DNA of 64,000 nt, from the NCBI GenBank assembly GCA_046706005.1, contig JBJKPU010000132.1:1-64000 (forward strand), in the 5' to 3' direction. The notes under the pieces were generated by a model. The model made no database searches. It worked only from the letters and a program-made list of their open reading frames with translations, and had not been told where the DNA came from. Made by a program: the position numbers and the translations under genes. Source of the stretch: Terriglobia bacterium (GTDB taxonomy: Bacteria > Acidobacteriota > Terriglobia > UBA7540). Shown in pieces: positions 37,232 to 43,875 of this stretch (positions are counted from its first letter, which is position 1; every line of letters starts with the position of its first letter).

Positions 37232-37407
37232 GCGAGAGGTTCGTCATCGCTTGAGAATTCTCCGTTTCGAGGAGGCAGGGCGCGGTAGGCATCGCTATCG
37301 GTCGCCGGAAGACGACTGGAGAGCAGCCGGAGCGGCCGGAGTTGCTCTTCGCGCGAAAGGTGATCGACCAGAAGTATAATCTCGTCTGCGCTCGGAGATT
37401 TTGGCAT
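37198..37407 (-). CDS. putative cognate antitoxin (about 70 aa), overlapping the mazF-like start
   Basis: MPKSPSADEIILLVDHLSREEQLRPLRLL... Start ATG at 37407. 34-nt overlap with the toxin ORF. No family assignment possible. Confidence 0.45.
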   Translation of the reverse strand: MPKSPSADEIILLVDHLSREEQLRPLRLLSSRLPATDSDAYRALPPRNGEFSSDDEPLAWDSGGWEGIA

Positions 37408-37455
37408 CGGAACGATTCTACCAGAAACCGGTTCGCTGGTTCTGATTTTCGAGGC

Positions 37456-37519
37456 GTAGCGCCCACCCCGCCATGCGGGGTGGGCAGGTGCCGACCCCGC
37501 CAAGCGGGATCGGCGCTAC
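37456..37519. repeat. short variant element with the same GTAGCGC...GCGCTAC termini, enclosing two GC-rich hairpins
   Basis: GCCCACCCCGC-cat-GCGGGGTGGGC and GCCGACCCCGC-caa-GCGGGATCGGC, bounded by GTAGCGC / GCGCTAC. Confidence 0.45.
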
Positions 37520-37542
37520 GGCCGGTTGACGTAACTACAGCA

Positions 37543-37552
37543 TGTAGCTACA
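37543..37552. promoter_or_regulatory. perfect 10-bp palindrome TGTAGCTACA in the promoter region of the antitoxin/mazF-like operon (candidate operator)
   Basis: Self-complementary. Lies upstream (minus-strand sense) of the antitoxin start at 37407. Confidence 0.3.
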
Positions 37553-37574
37553 TTGGGCGACGACAAATGAAGGG

Positions 37575-37666
37575 TGTAGCGCAGAGTTTGTGCATTTCAA
37601 ACTCTGCGGTTCGTTTCCGGGCACGGGAAAAAGCCGCAGAGTTTCCAGGAGCGAAACTCTACGCTA
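37575..37666. repeat. structured repeat, copy 2
   Basis: About 90% identical to copy 1. Same hairpins and termini (GTAGCGCAGAG...CTCTACGCTAC). Confidence 0.7.
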
Positions 37667-37680
37667 CCAGCTGGAAGCGC

Positions 37681-37920
37681 GTGGGCCGAACGCGCGAACG
37701 CCGGATTGATTTCTCCGACATCCCGGAAACGACGGACGTGGAGCTGAAGCGCGCCCGGCGCGTGGGCCGGCCGAAAACCGGAGAGGCCAAGCAACTGATC
37801 GCCATTCGAATCGCACCGCGATTGCTCGCCGAACTGCGCCGCCAGGCCGCCAGACAGTCGAAACCTTACCAGACCCTGATCCACGAAATGCTGGAAAAGG
37901 CCTTGCGCCGCGCGGCATGA
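37681..37920 (+). CDS. orphan second BrnA-like antitoxin copy (no adjacent brnT)
   Basis: The C-terminal 70 aa are near-identical to BrnA at 36527-36756. GTG start inferred. The table ORF 37342..37920 upstream part has no support. Confidence 0.5.
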   Translation: MGRTRERRIDFSDIPETTDVELKRARRVGRPKTGEAKQLIAIRIAPRLLAELRRQAARQSKPYQTLIHEMLEKALRRAA

Positions 37921-37956
37921 CGGTGTCGCCTTCTGACATCGAACTCTGTTTTTCTC

Positions 37957-38014
37957 TTGCCTCCTCCCTCATCCTAGTATATAACCAGTTATGTTCGAGG
38001 CAAGTGAACGCTAG
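37957..38014 (+). pseudogene. duplicated brnT promoter plus 7-codon brnT remnant (ATGTTCGAGGCAAGTGAACGCTAG = MFEASER*)
   Basis: CTTGCCTCCTCCCTCATCCTAGTATATAACCAGTTATGTTC resembles the brnT upstream sequence CTTGACCTGCCTCGCTAATTAGTGTATATACATAAATATGTTC. Confidence 0.4.
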
Positions 38015-38068
38015 TCCGTACGGCTGGCGGATGGATCGACGAGCACAGCAGCCGCGTTGGAGGGGGAT

Positions 38069-39193
38069 ATGCCCGACAATCCACAGCAGGGCCCGAGCGC
38101 GCCGCCCGCGAGAGGGGACACGCCTCGAAAGGCCAAGCGCCGCAAGCGACGGAGGCACGGCGCGTCCTCGGGCGCCCGCGCCGAAGGCGCAGGGGGTAGA
38201 TCGACCTTCGCGTTCCCGAAGCATGCTCTATCGGAGTGTCTAAGGATTCCGAAGGCCATCTTGGACCAGAACGCGGGGAGGCAGTGCCGAGACCGAGATG
38301 CGGCGAGGTTCGCGGGGCTCGGCTATACGGGGGAGGTGTCCACCGAGATCAGCTCAGCGCTGAAGTACGGGCTACTCGACCGCCCTGCGCCGGGGACTGT
38401 AAGGCCCACTGACCTAATCCGGAGGATTGTCAGGCCCCAGAAGCCGGACGATGTCACCGACGCCATGAGGGAGGCCGTGCTCCACGCTCCGTTGATCTCG
38501 GACGCTTACAAGCACTACCGGGGTGAGAACCTGCCCGACATTCCCTTTCTGGCTAACACGGCTCGGGACACGTTCAAGGTATCCCCGGAGAAAGTGGACG
38601 CCTTCGTCGGTGTGTTTATTAGAGCGCTTGGGGACGCAAAGCTTATCGAGGACGCCGGGGGGAAAAACCGCGTAGTGGACGTAACGCGGACTCAGGACGT
38701 CCAAGGGAGCAGCGCCTCCGCCGACGAGCACTTGAAGAAGGTCAGCAGGGGCATATCGGTGCAGTCCAGTGATACGTGCTTTGTGATGATGCCGTTCGCA
38801 GACCCTCTTGGTGGGTACTATCACACTATCTACGCGCCCGCGATAAAGAAGTCGGGGCTCACGCCCGTGCGTGCGGACACAGATATCTTTGGGACCGGTA
38901 AGATCATCGACCAGATCTGGACGGGTATCAACAAAGCGCGGGTTTTGGTGGCCGAGCTTACTGGGCGAAACCCGAACGTACTTTACGAACTAGGCCTCGC
39001 CCACGCCCTGCGGAAGCCCGTTGTGCTCGTGTCCTCGAACGAGCCTGACGTGCCATTCGACGTGCGACACGTTAGGGTTATCTACTACGACGTGAACGAT
39101 CCCTTTTGGGGGGACAAGCTCATAGCCAAGGTCGCTGAGAACATCGTTTCTGCACTGAAGAACCCGAAGGAGGCCATCCTCTTTAGTGACTGA
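38069..39193 (+). CDS. hypothetical protein with C-terminal nucleoside 2-deoxyribosyltransferase-like / SLOG-fold domain (catalytic Glu retained) and basic disordered N-terminus
   Basis: The C-terminal CFVMMPF...NPNVLYELGLAHALRKPVVLV...RVIYYD parallels the NDT/Rcl/MilB pattern (IYLAGPxF...DxGTxFELGxAxAxGKPV) with the nucleophile Glu in YELG. GGAGGGGG RBS before the ATG at 38069. Lys/Arg-rich N-terminal 45 aa. Confidence 0.6.
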   Translation: MPDNPQQGPSAPPARGDTPRKAKRRKRRRHGASSGARAEGAGGRSTFAFPKHALSECLRIPKAILDQNAGRQCRDRDAARFAGLGYTGEVSTEISSALKYGLLDRPAPGTVRPTDLIRRIVRPQKPDDVTDAMREAVLHAPLISDAYKHYRGENLPDIPFLANTARDTFKVSPEKVDAFVGVFIRALGDAKLIEDAGGKNRVVDVTRTQDVQGSSASADEHLKKVSRGISVQSSDTCFVMMPFADPLGGYYHTIYAPAIKKSGLTPVRADTDIFGTGKIIDQIWTGINKARVLVAELTGRNPNVLYELGLAHALRKPVVLVSSNEPDVPFDVRHVRVIYYDVNDPFWGDKLIAKVAENIVSALKNPKEAILFSD

Positions 39194-39240
39194 AACCGAC
39201 GCCGGCGGCTGGCTCAGCGGTTCCTGACGGCGAATTTGCA

Positions 39241-39265
39241 GGGGCAGGTCTGTAAACCTGCCCCT
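39241..39265 (+). terminator. GC-rich hairpin GGGGCAGGT-CTGTAA-ACCTGCCCC downstream of the NDT-like gene (no U-tract)
   Basis: Perfect 9-bp stem 48 nt after the stop codon. Confidence 0.3.
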
Positions 39266-39287
39266 ACGCAAGTCCAAGCGGCGGGTT

Positions 39288-39381
39288 GTGGTGCAGAGCT
39301 TTGGGGTTTCAAACTCCGCGGTTTGTTCCGGGATGGCGGGGAAGAAGCGGCAGAGTTTCCAGGAGTGAAACTCCTAGCTAC
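39288..39381. repeat. structured repeat, copy 3 (diverged)
   Basis: GTGGTGCAGAGCTTTGGGGTTTCAAACTCCGCGG...GCAGAGTTTCCAGGAGTGAAACTCCTAGCTAC. Same architecture with substitutions. Confidence 0.6.
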
Positions 39382-39630
39382 CTGCTGACCACGTTTGGAC
39401 AATTGAGGAGGTGCCTAGGTAGGCTGGCTTTTAGGCTGCAAGAAAGCCAAGAGGGGCTCTGACGCACAGAGCCCCTCTCAGACTAGAATATAATATGTTA
39501 GACTTACTTAGAATAGCTGAACAATAAGATGCACCGAAAATATACGCGGATAAGCCCTAGATGTCAAGTGTTTTCTTCCACTAGTCCAAGGTTCTTTCTC
39601 CAATCTCAAATAATCGGGTTTATTAGGCAT

Positions 39631-40416
39631 TCAACTGGCGAGTGCTACTTTTACCTTTTCATTGTTCCTATTTAACCTTAGGGCCGTCGTTGGATATTGT
39701 GAACTGGGATTAGGGACAGAGTGTGTCTCTAATATCCCCAACTCAAGGCCTTCATTGATGCACTGTTGGCTGAAGCCATACTTATCGCGGACCAGTTTTA
39801 AGCCCACAAACGGGAGTCTTGATTCTAAAGCTGCGAGCTTCTTAATCGTGGTTGGCCAATCAGTGTTCCCGCTTTCGCCAACAGACGCGACGATGGATTT
39901 CGGCGAACCAGCAGGTTCGATGCCCAACAGCTTCTCGATGAAAATCACATTGTCCTGCCCAACAGCATCAGTGAGTTCTTTCGCGGTAGCTGATTCAAGG
40001 GCACAAATTTTGACTGTTTTGCCCTGGCTGCGCAACCTGTGAATCAAGTCGAGACAACCCCTGTCGCCGGTCACAAGGACAAACTCGTTTATGTCTTTCC
40101 TCTCATACAAGGTCTCCTGTGCATCAAGCATAAGAGTAGCATCGGCAGTTTCCTTCCATACGGATTCGGTTCCTTTTACCGTCTTTTTGGAAAGTGTGAA
40201 GGCTGGCTTAACTCCGGCCTTCATAAAGGCAGCTTGCGCCCCATGGAATTCGAGCCTCTCCCAATCGGCGTACGCATTTTTTATAAGCAGATTCCCATCC
40301 TTCTCAACTTCTTTAAGAATAAGACCGAAAAGGTGTGGTACTTGGGGCTTGAAATTATACTGGTTGATCAGCCCCCAATAGACATTCTCATAATCGATGA
40401 AAATCGCAACTTCCAT
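39631..40416 (-). CDS. NYN-domain (PIN-like RNase fold) protein with C-terminal OST-HTH/LOTUS domain, on an AT-rich insertion
   Basis: MEVAIFIDYENVYW...FVLVTGDRGCLDLIHRL is typical of NYN/LabA. The C-terminus is LOTUS-like. Local GC is far below the flanks. Confidence 0.8.
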   Translation of the reverse strand: MEVAIFIDYENVYWGLINQYNFKPQVPHLFGLILKEVEKDGNLLIKNAYADWERLEFHGAQAAFMKAGVKPAFTLSKKTVKGTESVWKETADATLMLDAQETLYERKDINEFVLVTGDRGCLDLIHRLRSQGKTVKICALESATAKELTDAVGQDNVIFIEKLLGIEPAGSPKSIVASVGESGNTDWPTTIKKLAALESRLPFVGLKLVRDKYGFSQQCINEGLELGILETHSVPNPSSQYPTTALRLNRNNEKVKVALAS

Positions 40417-40667
40417 GGCTTTTCCCCATTTCTGATGCCCGATACTAACGGGACAGCGCTTTATATGTCAAGCTGATTAAGTGCTAGCCAATCTACCATC
40501 TGCCCCTTTCAAAATGTACCACTAGCCTTGAGCGTATCAATTTGACTTTACCTACCGCTCGGTAGGACAATAGGCGCAAGCGGCCTCGACGCGCGGGGAC
40601 CGGCGATCGGACGACCCATAAGGTTGCTGAAAAACATTCTGGAGCCCGTTATTCGGAGCCTTCGCTC

Positions 40668-40795
40668 CGTCATTCCGAGCGAAGCGAGGAATCTGCTTTT
40701 CGCTCCGGGCGGGTTCCGCGAGCGCTTTTGCTCCACGGGTTGAAAGCCAAGCAGATTCCTCGGGCCGATAAAAACGATCGGCCCTCGGAATGACG
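40668..40795. repeat. MITE-like element with 12-bp perfect terminal inverted repeats CGTCATTCCGAG / CTCGGAATGACG, inside the leuA leader
   Basis: The left end CGTCATTCCGAGCGAAGCGAGGAATCTGC and right end GCAGATTCCTCGGGCCGATAAAAACGATCGGCCCTCGGAATGACG pair over about 23 bp. The motif resembles a repeat I recall as dispersed in Acidobacteria genomes. Confidence 0.5.
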
Positions 40796-40854
40796 TTCGA
40801 GCACCGTTTTTCTGCAACCGACTTGTGGCAGAATCAGGGGCGGGAGGAAAGCGA

Positions 40855-42450
40855 ATGCCAGACAAGCTTTTTGTATTCGACACCACGCTGCGCGACGGCG
40901 AGCAGTCGCCGGGCTGCAGCATGACGCTGGATGAGAAGCTGGAAATGGCGCGCCAGCTTGACCGCCTGGGCGTGGACATTCTGGAAGCGGGCTTTCCCAT
41001 TGCGTCGGAAGGCGATCATGACGCCGTGCGCGCCGTTTCGCAGGAAGTCCGACGGCCCATCATCGCGGCGCTGGCCCGAGCCAACGAGCTCGACATTGAC
41101 CGCGCCTGGAGCGCCTTGCGCGATGCTGCGCGGCCGCGCATTCACACTTTTCTCGCCACTTCTGATATTCACCTGAAATACAAGCTGCGCAAGACGCGCG
41201 AAGAAGTTCTGAAAATGATCAGCTCGGCCGTGGGCCACGCCAAATCGCTTTGCGAGGACGTTGAGTTTTCGCCCGAGGACGCCGGGCGCACGGACCGCGA
41301 TTATCTGGTTGAGTGCTGCCACGCCGCGGTGGAAGCGGGCGCGACTGTTTTGAATCTGCCGGATACGGTCGGCTACTGTCTTGCGCCGGAATATGAAGCG
41401 ATGTTCGCGGACGTCAAGGCTCGCGTGCCGGGCATGGACAAAGTCACGCTCAGCACGCACACGCACGACGATCTGGGGCTTGCCGTCTCCAATACTCTCG
41501 CCGGAATTCGCGGCGGGGCGCGGCAGATCGAATGCACCATCAACGGCATCGGCGAGCGGGCAGGGAACGCGGCGCTGGAAGAAATCGTGATGGCGGTTTA
41601 TGTGCGGCGCGAGGCGCTGGGCATCACGACCGACATTCGAACCGAGCAGCTTTACGCTTCCAGCCAGTTGCTGACGCGCCTGACCGGAGTGGCCGTGCAG
41701 CGCAACAAAGCCGTCGTGGGCCGCAACGCTTTTGCGCACGAGGCCGGCATCCATCAGGACGGCGTGCTGAAAAACGCCATCACTTATGAAATTATTTCGC
41801 CCAAGACGGTCGGCATGCCGTCGAATTCGATTGTGCTGGGCAAGCATTCCGGCGGGCACGCTCTGGCGAAGCGCTATGAAGAGCTCGGCTACCAGTTGAC
41901 CAAGCCGGAAGTGGATCGCGCCTACAAGCTGTTCAGCGAACTGGCCGACCGCAAAAAGAATATCTACGACGAGGATTTGATCGCCATCGTCAACGAGGGC
42001 TTTGACCACATTCCGGAAATGTTCACGCTGAAATCGTTCCAGAGCGTGGTTTCAACCGAAGGACGCTCGACGGCGACCATCGAGCTGCTGAAGGACGGCG
42101 AGACGTTTACCGATTCCGCCACGGCTGACGGCCCGTGCGATGCCGCCTTCCGCGTAATCGACCGCCTGACCGGCCAGCCGGGCACGGTTGTAGATTTCTC
42201 GGTCCATACGGTCGGGCCGGGCGTGGACGGCGTCGCGGAGGTTTACGTGAGAGGGCGATTCGAGGGGCGCGAGTTTTCCGGCAAGTCGTTGAGCCAGAAT
42301 GTGGTTGAGGCCGCGGCCCGAGCCTACCTGCAGGCCGCAAACAAGGCCGTCTATGAAATCAAAAAAGCTAATGAAAAAAGCGCTCAGGCGGCCGCCGTTT
42401 CCATCCATGACGATGAGCTCGTTGACCGTTATTTCCCCGGCGGATACTAG
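40855..42450 (+). CDS. leuA: 2-isopropylmalate synthase
   Basis: LFVFDTTLRDGEQSPG and HxH motifs. GGGAGGAAAG RBS. Confidence 0.9.
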   Translation: MPDKLFVFDTTLRDGEQSPGCSMTLDEKLEMARQLDRLGVDILEAGFPIASEGDHDAVRAVSQEVRRPIIAALARANELDIDRAWSALRDAARPRIHTFLATSDIHLKYKLRKTREEVLKMISSAVGHAKSLCEDVEFSPEDAGRTDRDYLVECCHAAVEAGATVLNLPDTVGYCLAPEYEAMFADVKARVPGMDKVTLSTHTHDDLGLAVSNTLAGIRGGARQIECTINGIGERAGNAALEEIVMAVYVRREALGITTDIRTEQLYASSQLLTRLTGVAVQRNKAVVGRNAFAHEAGIHQDGVLKNAITYEIISPKTVGMPSNSIVLGKHSGGHALAKRYEELGYQLTKPEVDRAYKLFSELADRKKNIYDEDLIAIVNEGFDHIPEMFTLKSFQSVVSTEGRSTATIELLKDGETFTDSATADGPCDAAFRVIDRLTGQPGTVVDFSVHTVGPGVDGVAEVYVRGRFEGREFSGKSLSQNVVEAAARAYLQAANKAVYEIKKANEKSAQAAAVSIHDDELVDRYFPGGY

Positions 42451-42668
42451 AAACTGGTCTTCGCGTGAGGCCTGTCCAAAGGCCCCTGAACAAACAGCCT
42501 GAGACCATGGTCAAAATAAATAACTTGTGTAATATCAGTTATTTAGTAAAATTTTTGACCTGCAAAATCCTTAAAAATAGCCCCCCCTTAATACAATTCT
42601 GCATGTCATATTAAACAAAGCCTTGCATCTTCCGACATTAGTCCTGTAAGATGCTGTTAACTAAAGAT

Positions 42669-43772
42669 ATGCGTGCTATCCATAAGATAGCTGTCTTACC
42701 GGGAGATGGGATCGGGCCGGAAGTAACTGCCGAAGCTGTTAAGGTTCTGAAAGCCGTCGAAGAAGTTATCGGGCAGTCATTCCGATTCCAGTCAGGGTTG
42801 GTTGGGGGGAGCGCGGTTGACGCGACGGCCGTTCCTTTGCCTTCAGAAACCATTGCTATCTGTAATCAGGCCAGTGCCATTTTATTCGGCGCGGTGGGCG
42901 GTCCCAAATGGGATTCCAAGCGTCCTGAAGCCCGCCCAGAGCAGGGAATCCTGCAATTGCGTCAGCGGATGGGACTTTACATTAACCTTCGGCCCGCCGT
43001 TGTTCACGACTCACTGGTTGCCCATTCGGCCTTGCGCCCGGAGCGCGTTCGCGGAACGGATCTGGTGATTGTGCGCGAGTTGATGGGCGGGATTTATTTT
43101 GGCAATCCGCGCGGCATCTTTGCCAAGAACGGCGAACGCTTCGGCATCAATACGGAAATCTACAAAGAGCATGAAATTGAGCGTGTAGCTCACCGGGCCT
43201 TTCAGCTTGCCCAAATCCGGCGACAAAAGCTCACCTCGGTGGACAAGGCCAACGTGCTGGAGACGTCCCGCTTGTGGCGCGAAGTGGTCAACCGGCTGGC
43301 GCGGGCCTATCCCGACGTCGAGGTCGAGCACCTTTATGTGGACAATTGCGCCATGCGCCTGATCGACCGGCCAACCAGCTTCGATGTGATTCTGACCAGC
43401 AATATGTTTGGTGACATCCTGAGCGATGAGGCAGCCATGCTTACCGGATCTATCGGACTGCTGCCCTCGGCCAGCCTGGGCGAGCGTGCGGCGCTCTATG
43501 AACCCGTTCACGGTTCAGCCCCTGACATCGCCGGCCGCAACCGCGCCAACCCGCTGGCGGCGATTGCGTCGGCGGCATTGATGCTTCGATATTCCTTCCG
43601 AATGGAAAGAGCCGCTTTGGCCATTGAAACCGCCATCGAGAAGATTCTCAAGCGCGGCGTCCGGACGGCCGAACTTCCCGGCAAAAAGCGCCCACTTTCG
43701 ACATCCCGCGTGGGGGACCTGGTCGCCGCCGAAACCAAGAAGATTCTGAAGTCCTCGAAATTTAAAGCTTAA
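42669..43772 (+). CDS. leuB: 3-isopropylmalate dehydrogenase
   Basis: KIAVLPGDGIGPEV and the isocitrate/isopropylmalate DH signature NLFGDILSDEAAMLTGSIGL. The start could be 42651. Confidence 0.9.
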   Translation: MRAIHKIAVLPGDGIGPEVTAEAVKVLKAVEEVIGQSFRFQSGLVGGSAVDATAVPLPSETIAICNQASAILFGAVGGPKWDSKRPEARPEQGILQLRQRMGLYINLRPAVVHDSLVAHSALRPERVRGTDLVIVRELMGGIYFGNPRGIFAKNGERFGINTEIYKEHEIERVAHRAFQLAQIRRQKLTSVDKANVLETSRLWREVVNRLARAYPDVEVEHLYVDNCAMRLIDRPTSFDVILTSNMFGDILSDEAAMLTGSIGLLPSASLGERAALYEPVHGSAPDIAGRNRANPLAAIASAALMLRYSFRMERAALAIETAIEKILKRGVRTAELPGKKRPLSTSRVGDLVAAETKKILKSSKFKA

Positions 43773-43875
43773 ATCAACAGTGCAATCCAGTGCGGCTTCT
43801 GCCCGAGCGTCCTGCCGGCACGAGTTTGTCTCGTCGCGGTTCTTACAGTAGAATCCTCGGCAGAAGGAGAGGGAT

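Noticed and set aside
37342-37680. N-terminal two-thirds of table ORF 37342..37920
   Set aside because: Runs through repeat copy 2 and the palindrome cluster. Only the last about 79 codons, the BrnA-like part, show protein-like conservation.
36768-39381. CRISPR array hypothesis for the three repeats
   Set aside because: The repeats are 92-94 nt with internal hairpins and terminal inverted repeats. They are irregularly spaced, 0.7 and 1.6 kb apart. Genes lie between them rather than uniform spacers.
40039-40476. + strand ORFs opposite the NYN gene
   Set aside because: Antisense to the NYN gene with its canonical start MEVAIFIDYENVYW.
40560-40854. Leucine leader peptide / classical leu attenuator upstream of leuA
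   Set aside because: I looked for a short ORF with tandem Leu codons. The only candidates have 2 adjacent Leu and no terminator-antiterminator pair. The region is instead occupied by a MITE-like inverted repeat.
40834-42009. 391-aa minus-strand ORF
   Set aside because: Antisense of leuA.
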